Shown here piece by piece: positions 42,225 through 55,650 of a DNA stretch of 64,000 nt (position 1 is its first letter; each line of letters begins with the position of its first letter). Made by a program: the position numbers and the translations under genes. The stretch comes from the human T2T-CHM13v2.0 reference genome, Homo sapiens. A model generated the notes under the pieces. It was not told the origin of the DNA, searched no databases, and saw nothing but the letters and a program-made list of their open reading frames with translations. Location of the stretch: NCBI RefSeq assembly GCF_009914755.1, contig NC_060942.1; one strand, written 5' to 3'.

Positions 42225-43452
42225 TGGAAACAAGAAATTACTTTCATGAGCAACAGTGGAAAACGATAACTTCTTAGACATTGTTAAAAGCTTATTTCAA
42301 AGAAATATCAACTCAAACATATTATTCTCCCTCTCTAACAATTTCTGCCATTTATCTCTTCTCCTCTCAAAATTTCAACGTTTCATTTGGGTGACTCAAT
42401 AATTCCAGCACTAATATCTCACCTACACTGTAGGTCCCTATTCACAAACATCAGTTAAAAGACCACAAATTCAAAATCATTGGTAACTTAGAAATGCACA
42501 TAAAATTAAAACTGATATTTTGTATATACCCAGTGGTAGCATAGTTCAGCAACTATGCTAGGAATCTCACACTATTATTGTTTTCTTCACAGTACAAAGC
42601 CAACCAATCTGTTACTTCTGTGATTTTAGTATGGGACATGTCTATGAAAATTACCGTTTCCATTGTACTCTACTGTCACCACCCACAACAGCAGGCTCCC
42701 AGCATCCAACACCAGGATATATACACAAGGCTGACTTAGATGATCTCCCTGTTTCTACAAACTCTTTATTTTCCATCCTAAAAGCTGCTGACAAAATTAT
42801 TTTTATCAAGTCATTGCCTTCACAAAAATGTGTATTACCTCATACTGACAAGTGATAAAATCCAAAACACTGCCTGACCTGGGAAGCTCTTAACAATGTG
42901 GCATTATCCTTTAGTGTCATATACGTGCAGCCATTGTGCTAGGGGGTTTTAAATACAAGATATTAACATGATTTCCACAACCTTGAGGATTATTACTCTC
43001 CTTTGTAGCTACAGAAACTAAAATTAAGAGAGGTTAAGTGCTTCCCAAAGCTACAAAAGTAGGACATGGCAAAGTTGAGATTAAAACATAGCTCTGTCTT
43101 GCTCCAAAGTAAAATTGCTGATTTCCTAAAACGAAATATACATTACGTACTTCCACTTTCTTCACTAATGAAAGAGAAACTGCAGGTATTGAATACAAAA
43201 GATTTTATATCTGCTGGATCATTCAAACCTCAAAACCACCAATAAAAGAAGCATTATAATTAAGTATTTATCAATATGGAAACCAAAGATTGGTTTGTTC
43301 AGAAACTTTCTCAGTGTTACACAGCAAAAGTAGCAGGCAGAGCGAGGATTTGAATCAAAATCTGCTCTCTGAAAGCCATGCTCTTTCCAAATTCTATGAT
43401 ACCTCACACTTCTCTAAATTTAACTTCTTCTTTTTCCCAAATCCTTTAAAAC

Positions 43453-43630
43453 AGGTGTCGGTATAAAAGGTCAGATAAATATTTTAGGCTTTCTGGGGCA
43501 TACAGCCTCTGTCACAACTACGGAATTCTGCCATGGAGGCACAGAAACAGCCATAAACAGATAACAAATAGCTATGCTTCAATCTAACTCTATTTATAAA
43601 AATGGGTAGTAGGAGAAATTTGGCCTACAG
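43453..43630. mobile_element. MER58-like hAT element
   Basis: aaaggtcagataaatattttaggcttt...tctgtcacaactac...gcagccata-like. Confidence 0.75.
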
Positions 43631-44141
43631 ACCAAGGTTTGCTCACCTTCACTTCATTCTATTCTCTAGTACACACTCATTAACCTCTTTCACACTCTAT
43701 TATTTTGCTCTAGTATTCTTTCTAATGTGAAAAGCTTCCTGATCCTCACTTGTACTCACCCTAACTCAATTCGTCCTTTAAGTTCCCATTTTTTCTTTAC
43801 AGCACATCTCAGGCTACTCAGAAAAAAACGGATTCTGAACTCAAGTAGCAATATCAATAGTTTAACACTCATCCTTTTACAGCTGCCTCATATAAACCAT
43901 CTGAAGTGGGCTCAAAGGAGAAAGGATGGTTTAAACATCTGTTAAGCATAAGATTAACACACACTACACGCTACATGTTCAATGGCTAATTCATTTAACT
44001 CATAAAGTATACAGTCTTAAATTATTAAGTTAATTGAATTTTACATGAGCAAAAAAAAGTCTTCCTCCCACCCTGAATACTGTTGCATATAAATGTTTTT
44101 GCTGTGAGAACAGTAAAATAATAAACTAAGTGAAGGCTTAC

Positions 44142-44265
44142 TAGAATAGGAAGTAGCATCCATCTTTCCAACCTTAACTGGAGAACCAATGCTTTTCATC
44201 TCAAGACCAACTTCATTCCAAATTGGTTCCAGCTTTTTACAATGGCCACACCATGGCGCATAAAA
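44142..44265 (-). CDS. TMX3: TMX3 exon 4, thioredoxin a-domain with CGHC active site (44239-44250)
   Basis: Translates [41 protein letters not shown]; gtaagc donor; 124 nt. Confidence 0.98.
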
Positions 44266-45484
44266 CTTGTTTTAAAAAAACAAACAACAAACAAAAAAAG
44301 ATAACCATTAAAATGTTGTGCTACAGTAAATATGAATCTTAATATTTAAAGAATCCCTTTGACTAAATGATCTAATAATGTTTTAGACAAGAAGTTTAAA
44401 TATAATTTTTAAAGTAGATACATAATGAAAGATCAAAACATACAAACATAAACCTAGATACCTCAAAACCGGTACTATCTTAAGCTCATTTTAATTGACT
44501 ACTGATTTAAAACAGATATACAATTTACAATAAAAATGTCTTTACTTCCAAGGAAATGTTCTATATGAAACGTTTTATATAAAATGAATCCACAAAATAA
44601 ACATATATATACAACATACACACCTAATTGTTAATGATAATATCAATCTACTTCTATTACAAAAATGTCAACATAGTAGGTGACTTTGCTGAGTTCTATT
44701 GTAACCACTGGCAAGAAGGGGAGGTCATTAAGATGACTGGTTTGGCATAGGGACAAGCCAGGTTGATTAAACTGAAGTCAGTCTTTTACTCTTCTTTAGA
44801 ATTACCAGATGGTGGAGGTGATACTCAGGTTCCCCTAATTAAGTGATGTTACAAACTACTTGTTATATTTTCATGAAACAAGATTTTTTAACTTTATACT
44901 ATGAAAATGTTCAAACATACAGAAAAGGAGAAATAATTAAACAGTGATCTGTCAACTCTGCCATTCTTTTTCCATCTCTTTTGCTCCTATTCTACTTTTT
45001 GCTGAGGCATGTTAAATCTCAACTATCATAAGGTTTAAATATATTCCAAACTTTAAAGAAAGGAAGGTGAAACTTTAATTTTGTCCACTGTTAAGATGAA
45101 AATATGACTTTGACTAAGTGATATTAATATACTCAATCTCTTGGAAACTATCAAGAAAGCAAGAGTGAATTCTGTAATAAAATCATACCCTATATCATTA
45201 AGATATAATCCAAAAGTTGACCTCATTGTAAGACAGGGTTCCAGCTTTTCCTCTTAATATTCTCACCCCCAAAATTTCATCAAAAATACGTTCCCTCGCA
45301 TGGAACCTTAAAACTCTAAGGTTCTTTTTAATGTAAAATCTCAAATATAGTAATACTTAAGAAAACAAATTGAGTATATACATAAGCACTAGCTGTTTAC
45401 TGCCATTTTTGGGTAGAGTAGAATAGAAAATAATACTTAAAATGGTAGGGGTGGGTAATTAGCATATAAAATTTACATACTTAC

Positions 45485-45524
45485 ATCTACAAGCCAAATG
45501 TCATCATTTCGATTTTCTTTAAAC
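45485..45524 (-). CDS. TMX3: TMX3 exon 3 (FKENRNDDIWLVD)
   Basis: tttag acceptor, gtaagt donor, 40 nt. Confidence 0.97.
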
Positions 45525-45819
45525 CTAAAAAACAAGAAAACAAATGTTTGATTGTATGTTTGTGTCCACTTTACAACTGTATAGTATAGGCAGAGATAAT
45601 ACATTGATAAATATAAGGGAAAGACCCAAATTCCTTCAATAATACTTTACATAAAATTTTTACTCAGTGACCTATCCATTAAACATCTCAAAGATAAAAG
45701 CAGAGGACTGATCAATGATAAAGTAATTAGGAGGAAAGACTCCAAGAAAAAGAATTAAAGTAGGACTTGGTAGAAACACAAACAGATGCCTAAGCTCCTT
45801 GCCCTTCTAGAACATTTTA

Positions 45820-47620
45820 CACCTGTTTAGAAAAGGTACCAAAGGAAGCCTGAGGCTGCTATGCTTAGAAATAACTGTTTCTAAGAATGGTCCTTGGTTG
45901 GCATCTGGGAACTTGGATTTTAGAAGTGTTCTCACCATTTCCTGGTAATGATGGCTCAGTGTTCATAAAATGCGCGTGAGAAATATTGGATTGAGGAATT
46001 CCTGTGCTGGGATCCCAGATCACTCCCCTGAAGATGTGCAGTCCAGCAGGGGTACTGTACCTTACCATCAGCTGGTCAGGCCCAACCTTTAACTGTCCCT
46101 TAAAATGTTCAACCACCCTGCGGATCAGAGTTTACAGCATATGACGAGCCCATTGTTTCACCCATAATTGGGCTCACTGATGTGTAGCTTGGGCCAAAAA
46201 TCCAGGGTCATTATCAGATGCAGTGTTCTTAAGGTAACTGAACAGGAAACAAAGGTGGTCTTGTAGGGCCTAGACAGTGTGGCCCAAGTCATTGGAACAC
46301 ATAGGAATGGCTAAGCGAAACCCAGAGACATGTCAGCTGCAATCAGGAGCCACAGGAACATTACAGACAGAATGAGAGGCCCACCATGTTCTATCTGCTG
46401 AGAATATCCTGGCCCACTGGCTTTATGAACCTGTCCCTGGACAGTATTGTTAGCCTTGACCGGGGTCTGACAAGCAAGCAGCTTTTTCACGTTGTTATGG
46501 TGTCTTCTCACAACTGTCGCAGTCCATGCATTCTTGCCCAATCTGGGATCCTGTCTGAATTTCCATGAGCCATCTCTTGTGGATCCCGGAGGCAACTGGT
46601 TGCACATCTGCTTGCTCTGGAGCAAGGAACAATTCATTTTCCACATTTAGCTGACGAACAGTTTGCTCTTGGTAAAGGTCCCCTTTTTCAGCATAGGGAC
46701 CTTTCTGGTGAGCATCCACATGGGTAACAAAATGGTTATTAGGAGCAGAATCCCTTCCTCCTCCTCAGGAAGAGTTGCCCCTGTTAGGACACTCTGAAGG
46801 AGGAAGTCTGTAGTGACACACCCCACAAGGCACTAAGTTTAATAAGACTATCTCCTTGTTAACAATCGTTCTTCTCAGAATCAAAAACTTCCTGTAAACA
46901 ATCAGTGAGCATCCCCCATGACCCAACAGCATGAGCAGCGAAGTGCCCCCATGGGACTGTCAGGATTTTTGCTCTTACAGAACAGCACTGTATGATCACC
47001 CTCTCACTGCACCCATTTGGTCATGCCATCAGGTGTCCAGGTAGTCAATCAGGACAACAAGCTAAACTGAAACTAACAATCACAGCTTTATTCACTTACT
47101 GTGACAGTGCAAGTCAAGAGGTTTAAAAAAAAAAAAAAAAAAAAGAGGCACCAGCTCCTCAGTGTTCCATCTCTCCCCATGAAACAGCACCAGGTGAGTC
47201 AGGTGGATGAGACACAGATGGGAGAATTCATCTCATTTCCTACAGCACTGAACAAAAGTCTTCTGTCTCTTTATGGGGGGTGAGAGAGAAAAGGACTAGA
47301 GTAGAAAAGTGCCTCCGCTGACACCCTCAATAAAGATGTTTTAGCAGAAGTGCTCAGGAAATGCCTCAGGTGAGGTCCCAATAAGGAGGCTGCTAAACAG
47401 AGACCACTGGGTTGGGAGTGTAGACATGCAAATGAGCGTGGCTGGCCTGGGAGGCCGAATCCTTGACTACCACTCCCTCCAGGGACTGTAATGCACCGGT
47501 TATACACCAAGTTTGGTGTAGGGAGGGCACCTTCCCCTATGCCAGAAAAAGCCTTGCAATTGTCTATGGTCAAGCCTGAAAGATCACACACAGGAATTTG
47601 GGTCTGAAGTGAACCTCCTC
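45820..47620 (-). mobile_element. ERVL-class remnants in TMX3 intron 2: degenerate RNaseH/integrase (~45990-46750) and an LTR (~47000-47620)
   Basis: Minus-strand translations HVDAHQKG, CDSCEK, QIEHGGPL...IAADMSLGFA and AGMVEHFKGQLK resemble ERVL RNaseH/IN motifs. Confidence 0.75.
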
Positions 47621-47966
47621 ACTTACTATAAGCAAGGCTGATTAATGCTGTCATACTATGAAGATAAATACAGTACAGTTACCAAATTCTAACACCCATT
47701 CAATATAATTAAAGGAAAAAGACATAAATACAAGGTAAGATAATGAGGAAAAAAAGAATATGTAAAAGTTTGCCACAGTTTTTTGATCTCATAACTATTA
47801 ATAAAACTCTTCTGGGCACACCCTCACCTTCACTTACAACAAGTGAAAAAAATGAGTGATATATAAAAATTGGTTCCAATCTAAAATATTAGAATCACAT
47901 GCAAATATTCAGATATCTGAGTTGGACAGTTAAAATAATATTTTAAATATATATATGTATACTCAC

Positions 47967-48021
47967 GATTCATCTAAATCTTCTACAAATCCTTTACAGA
48001 CGACCATATCAAGTACAACAA
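47967..48021 (-). CDS. TMX3: TMX3 exon 2 (VVVLDMVVCKGFVEDLDES)
   Basis: Polypyrimidine-cag acceptor, gtgagt donor, 55 nt, in frame. Confidence 0.97.
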
Positions 48022-49056
48022 CTGAAAAAAAAAGACAAAATGTACACAATAAATGCTGATTATTTGGCTCATACCGTATAAGCTTAGTCATCTCTGAAGT
48101 GTTTTTGACCTTTCACAACCTACCAAAAAATTCATCACTGATGCATCCCAGGGTGCAAATGATGCAAAAGCAAAGGTAGTTCATCCATTTAATAAATATT
48201 TAGTCTGTATGCAACCATATCGTGACCGGCCAAGTTCTAGGTAAGCCAATAAATCTAATACACACAGTTCCTTTTTCCTCCATATTTTCACTCTCATCTT
48301 ACGTCTCTTTTTAACCATCCTATCTTTTTGGAATACAAATAGACAGCATTCTTCTTTATTTCTTTTGCTTTAGTAGCAATTACCTCTTCCGTAAAAACTC
48401 CAAATGCCATTCAAAATATTTCCCCTCAAATAGATACGTAGGAAGAAAGTCGAGCTGCAACTCTAATACTTATTACACGGCAGTGCCTGACACAGAGTGG
48501 GCTCTAAAAGGTTGTTAAGTGAGCGGACCCCAGTGAGAATGAGGGCACTCCATGCTGACGGGAGGCAGCTGAGAACCGCTGACACACACTCAGGTCCTTT
48601 TCACACCGCACAATCCCGGCGGCCTGACCCTGATCTGTCCTCGACCACCCTCTCTTGAGTACTGGTGGTAAAAATCCTTAAACGTGACAAGACTCGGAAC
48701 CTAAAGCCAAGGCAAGATTTGGTCGTTAAGCTGGGACGGCGGCATCCTTCTTGCCCATCAAAGGAGTAAGCTTTATTGAAACTTCTGCCACAATGAGAAA
48801 AACACAAACACAAGGCAGCGCGCCCTTCCCACGTCCAGCATTGGTCCGGCACAGCGGCGGCGGAAGGACCCCAAGGTGTCCGCTCCGTCAGGGCCAGGCA
48901 GGGTGGCGCGGCGGGGGCGGCAGGACGCTGCCGGGAATGGGTGGGCATCTCCACGAACCCCGCAGGCCTCGCCCCAGACCCGGGTCCAATCCCGGCCCCA
49001 CGGCGGGGCCAGGTCCCACGCGCCCGCCAGCGTCCCGACCGCTGAGCCCCCATTAC

Positions 49057-49102
49057 CTGTGGCGCAGAGCCGCAGGGCCGTCCAACTCTTCCACGCTGCC
49101 AT
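49057..49102 (-). CDS. TMX3: TMX3 coding exon 1 (signal peptide, MAAWKSWTALRLCAT)
   Basis: ATG at 49102 in strong Kozak context (AGCATGG); donor G|gtaatg; 46 nt. Confidence 0.97.
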
Positions 49103-49274
49103 GCTAGCCCGGGAGAGCTGCAGAAGCTGACTGTGCAAAAGAGGGATAAAGACACTGGGGTCCGCCGCCTGCCCGCCCGGAAAGGGAAACGGAGCCGACC
49201 CGGAGCGGAAGAGAAGCACCGCGCTAACTACGGGGGCGGGGCTACCCGGCCAGTCTCCGTCTCCGGCTATGCGC

Positions 49275-49326
49275 GGGAGTGCGGCGCATGCGAGGGGAGT
49301 GCGGCGCATGCGACAGCGCCTGCGCA
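49275..49326. promoter_or_regulatory. Cluster of three NRF1-like sites, two of them from a 20-bp tandem duplication
   Basis: GGGAGTGCGGCGCATGCGA at 49275 and 49295; GCGCCTGCGCA at 49316-49326. Confidence 0.8.
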
Positions 49327-50544
49327 GTCATGTCTTAAGAATCCTTTGCGCTCTCGGTGCCCCCCTCCACGCCCAGGAGCGTGGGAACCCTGCTTAAGGG
49401 CTTTACTAGGGAAAACGGTGCTGGTTCACTGGGGCGCGTTTCCGGGAAGGTGAATACCGGTGAAAGTTATGCTGAGGGTGAGGTAGGCTCTGACGACGCA
49501 CTTGCAGGTTGAATACTGGCACATCATTTACTTGTTACTCCCGTGTGGTGAGTGCACCTGTGGGTTTTGATGCTGGATCAAATTCCTGGAAAGAGGCGCG
49601 CATTAAGACTGCGGATTGCTGAGCTGCGCGACACTCCGTATTTTTCCAAAACGTATTTGTAATATTCTTTCAACCTGTTTGCATAATGGGACATCTCTTA
49701 AATGCAGCAAGCTTTAATGCATTTTTGCCAAAGTAAGGATTGCCTCTTTAAAAACTTTCTCTTGAAACTTGAGAACATGAAGTTAAGCGTAGGATATTTT
49801 TTGATGGCTCTTTTCTGATTATTTTGGAACTAGATAAAGTAGTATGAAATATTTATATTGCTACCTGTTTTTTCTTCTATACGACAATGATTTGTAAAAA
49901 CCATATACTTTTATAAGACGGTTACTGCAGCAATCACTACTTACGAACTAGATGAAATTTTTATGGGACATAAGGTACCAGAGAATTTAGATCAAACCAA
50001 ATTTTGAAAACCTGTGACAACAACAGAAGGGGGATATGATGTCAGCCGGTTCACCTTAGGTTCAAAATTCCAACAGGCAAAAATGTCATAAAACGTCGTT
50101 ATTCCTAGTGACTAGAAGATTAAATTGCACTCTAATTGAGAGCAAGCCCTAAATGTCACCCCCTTTGTGCATGCAGCATGGTATCCAGCGCAAGCCCTCT
50201 ACAGATTCAATTTTTCTTTTTCTTTCTCTTTTCCTTTTTTTCTTTTTTTTTTAAGAAAAAAGTAGACTAAAACGTAAGGGGACTGTTGAAATGATGGGAA
50301 TGTTCTCCCGGTGGTGGTGGAACAGCTTTATAATAGTACCATCGCCTCGATACTCTTATACAGAAGCTTTTCTACTTTCTTGGCAAGGTCTCTGAATGAC
50401 CCATATTCAATTTTTTTTTTTCATTCTCATGTATTTCAAAGTTTTCTGTCTTCCACAGCATGCAAAGTGAAATAATTTCCTCTTATATTTGCGTTACAGT
50501 TTAAGTTCACATGTGGACAACAACAAAAGCCAGTTGACCTAGAT

Positions 50545-51655
<1,111 letters not shown>

Positions 51656-51937
51656 AGGCAATGAGAAAATGATCAAAATAATGCATTAATCTGAAAATGA
51701 TTTAATAAACCAATAAACTTTTTAGGCTTTTTTGTTCAGAGAACATGCTAAATTTACATATGCTGGAACATATTCTGTGGTGAAAAATTTAAGTGTTTTT
51801 TTCTGCTTATCTACCTCAAGTGGTGATAATTTTTTTTGAGATTTAAAAGATTCTACTATTTTGACAACATTTTTTAAAAGACTTTCAGATAAGCTACATT
51901 TGTGTATATATATACCTTGTATATTTTGCATACATAT

Positions 51938-52302
51938 TGCTGTAGTCTAAATGTGTAACCCAAATTTCATATGTTGAAACTTAATTGCCGGTATGATAAC
52001 ATTAAGAGGTGGGGCCATTTGGGCATGATTTAGTCATGAGGTGGAATCCTCATGAATGTGATTAGAGACCTTATAAAAGAGATTGAAGGGATCATCTTAG
52101 TCCCTTTTCTCCTTCAACCTTAAGCCATGTGAAAACACAACAAGAAGGTACCATCCTGGAAGCAGAGAGCAAACCCTTATCAGATACCACACCTGCTGAC
52201 TCCTTTATGTGCAGCCTCCAGAACTTTAAGAAATAAATTTTTATTATTTATAAATTACCAAGTCTGTATTTTTTTGTTATAGAGCACCAACAGGCTAAGA
52301 CA
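51938..52302 (+). mobile_element. MST/MLT1A-type MaLR solo LTR, TSD catat/catgt, inside an old L1M 3' end
   Basis: tgctgtagtctaaatgtgt...cagcctccagaact...aataaat...ggctaagaca. Confidence 0.85.
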
Positions 52303-52799
52303 CATGTCCTCACCAAAAGTCATATACAAGAATGTCTTGTCTATAGCAGGACAGTTTGTAATTGTGAAAAGCTAAACAACTCGAATGTCTAATAGTATAA
52401 TAGAGTAGAATAGAAGATAAATTGTGCTGTAATCCTATAGTAAAGTGCTATATAGCAACGAGAATGAATGAACTTTTGTATGGAGAACTACGTGCAAATC
52501 CTAAACCAAATGTTGAACAGAAGAAGCCAGAAACTAAAGAAAGGTACTACATGATTTTATTTACGTAAGCTCAAAAGCAGGCAAATTAATCGTGTTAAAA
52601 GTTGGGATACAGGTAAACATCAGGTTTCTTGATCTGGGTGCTGCTTACAATGATACGTTCACATTGCGAAAATGTGTTGAGCTGTACCTTTCGGGTTTCT
52701 GTACTTTTCTGTGTTTGGGCCCTAATAAAAGCTTAAAAATAAGAATAAATAAAGCTACATACATTTATGTTTTTTAATGGATAGATATTATAGTTTTAA

Positions 52800-52960
52800 C
52801 AGTGCTTCTCAAATTTTAAGCATCAGTTGCCTGGAGAGCTTGGTTTAATGCAGATTCTGATCAGTCCCTAGAGAATCTGACCCAGTGGGGCCCATCAATT
52901 TACATTTCTCAAGAGTTCCCAGGTGATGCTGTTGTTTCTGTCCTGCATGTCTCATTTAGT
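52800..52960. mobile_element. MER5A-like
   Basis: cagtgcttctcaaatttta...catttctcaagagttcccaggtgatgctg. Confidence 0.7.
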
Positions 52961-53360
52961 GGTGTTGAGGGAAAATAATTTCAGAAAATACCATTTCTTT
53001 TTAAATCACTTTGTGTAAAATATGCTTTAAAGAATGATGGAAGAAAAATCTGTTGTATATTGATTATAATCTTTATTTATTCAGTATACTAATTACGTTA
53101 AAAATACTAGAACCAGAAGAAGAGCATAAATATAGGCAGCAAAACTTAAAGAGATACAGAACAACTTTATGAAAATACATAAGAAAACTTAAAGTCATTG
53201 TTATTTGAAAAACAAAGCAAAACTTGTTCAAAAACTAAAACGACTTAATAATTAGCAAATAAAGGAATTGAATCAGAAGCTTAAAATTATACCATTAAAA
53301 ATGAGACCCTATTGATTTTAAAATATGTGCTACCAATCTTTATGAAAACAAAAATTAATC

Positions 53361-53886
<526 letters not shown>

Positions 53887-54914
53887 CTGTTGTTACAAAC
53901 ACGTCCAGACAATCAAAAAATAGGGAACACTCACCAATTTCTTCAGAGGCTAGTATAAACTTGGTACCCAAACCAGAGGAGTCATGTGAGAATGGAAAAC
54001 AAACAGGCCCATTTCACTTGTGAACAAAAATGGAAAAGTTCCCAATAAAATATCAAACCAAATCTAGCAGTTCACTGAAAAAGATAATAATCATGACCAA
54101 ATTATTATTATTTTTTTGGTCCAGAAATGCAAGCCTTGGTTTAACTTGGGAAAAAAGTTTTAATGAAATTTTCTGCAGTAACACATAAGAGATAAAGAGC
54201 ATATAATTATTTAAATAAATGGAATAAAAGGAATTTATATACTTCAACCTGTCATCAATAGTAAATTAGGAATAGGAAGGCAATTCTATGACATGTTGTG
54301 CTGTAAAGGTTAATATCCACCAATTCTAGAATTATCCTGAGATGTTTTGCTAAATTTCTTGCATAACACTAACACTGATCAATCACCAAAACCTGCTAAT
54401 AATGATGCTTTTGTATCCATGGATCAAGGAATTTTCAGGTGGTTTTTACTTATTTGCTACATTGTTTATTTATTAATGTGAGATTGATTTGCATTTGGTC
54501 TTAGTGAAATCTCCATTGGGTTCTAGGATTGAGGCTGATTTTGCAGCAGTAATATACATATATGACTAGGAAAATATTTAAAAACTCAGGTGAGACTCCA
54601 CCTTGTGTTCTTTCATTTTAAAGCGTTCTATGCACATGAACGTGGTTCCTGATCCAAGAGAGAACGTGCACTCATGACCCTTATAGAAAGAAGAAGCTAG
54701 ACGCTTTCACATGGAATCTTTTACCAGACTCCTTGCTGGGAGAGTGACTTTGATCCATATCCTTATTTCAACACTGTTATTACATTGTATTCCTTTCCTG
54801 CATAGATTTGTAAGCATTGCTACATGAAGCCCGGTGAGTCTTTTTTAGCAAGTGAACTCTGTTTTTGTACAGTTGACGTTGGAAATGGGATTGCTTAGAA
54901 GACTCCTGACTCAT

Positions 54915-55197
54915 ATGGGCATAGTGGCTCACACCTTAGTCTCAGCACATTGGAAAGGCTAGGCAGAGGGTGGCTTGAGGTCAGGAGTTCGAGATCAGCC
55001 TGGGCAAACTAGCGAGCCCCCTGTCTCCACAATAATTTAAAAAGTAACCAGGCATGTTGGTCTGTCTACTAGTAATCCCAGTTGCTTTGGAGGCTGAGGG
55101 GGGAGGATTGCTGGAGGCCAAGAATTTGAGGCTACAGTGAACTATGGTCACACCCCTGCCCTCCAGCCTGTGGGACAGACAGACACCTTTAAATAAA
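54915..55197 (+). mobile_element. AluJ
   Basis: gggcatagtggctcacacc...ggaggattgctggaggccaagaatttgaggctacagtga. Confidence 0.9.
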
Positions 55198-55301
55198 AGA
55201 CACCCAGAGACTGTGAGATTGCTCTTTCAGCCCAAGTTCCTACTCTCTCAGAACTCCTGATCAGTCATTTGTTAATAGCAACAATAATTACTAGGCATCT
55301 A

Positions 55302-55650
55302 CTTAAACAGCATTTATTGGAGTATAATACATGTGCAAACAAGAACACATATCATTAGGGTGCAGGTTAATGAATTTTTACAAAATGAGCATGCCCATGT
55401 AACTGTTTCTTCTGATGATCTAGAAACAGAATATTGAGGCACCCACAAAACCACCCTTGTCCCTACAACCCTTGTCCCTTTCCAGTGCTCCTTTCCACCC
55501 TTCCCCTTTACTGCCTCTACCAGGGGAACCACTCTCCTGACTTCTGACAGGTCAGATTAGTTTTGAACTTGATATCAGTGGAATAATACAGGATGCACTC
55601 TTCTGAATCTGGCTTCTTTCACTCAACATGAAGCTTGTGAGCTTCATCCA
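55302..55650 (-). mobile_element. Old L1ME-type 3' fragment
   Basis: aacagcatttattggagtataa...aatgaattttta...gaactt..atcagtggaataatacag...ctggcttctttcactcaacat. Confidence 0.75.

Larger units (their letters stand above)
48600..49640. promoter_or_regulatory. CpG island / probable bidirectional promoter of TMX3
   Basis: Sharp rise in GC and CpG; GC box GGGGGCGGGG ~49232; ETS-like CGGAA sites; GCGCATGCG x2; no TATA box. Confidence 0.92.

Noticed and set aside
41915-42281. Five overlapping ORFs rich in Y/I/H/T/C/V/M
   Set aside because: Artefacts of the (TA/TG)n microsatellite, which lacks stop codons.
48601-49453. Several long ORFs (up to 184 aa) around exon 1
   Set aside because: CpG-island artefacts; only the 46-nt TMX3 exon 1 is supported by splicing.
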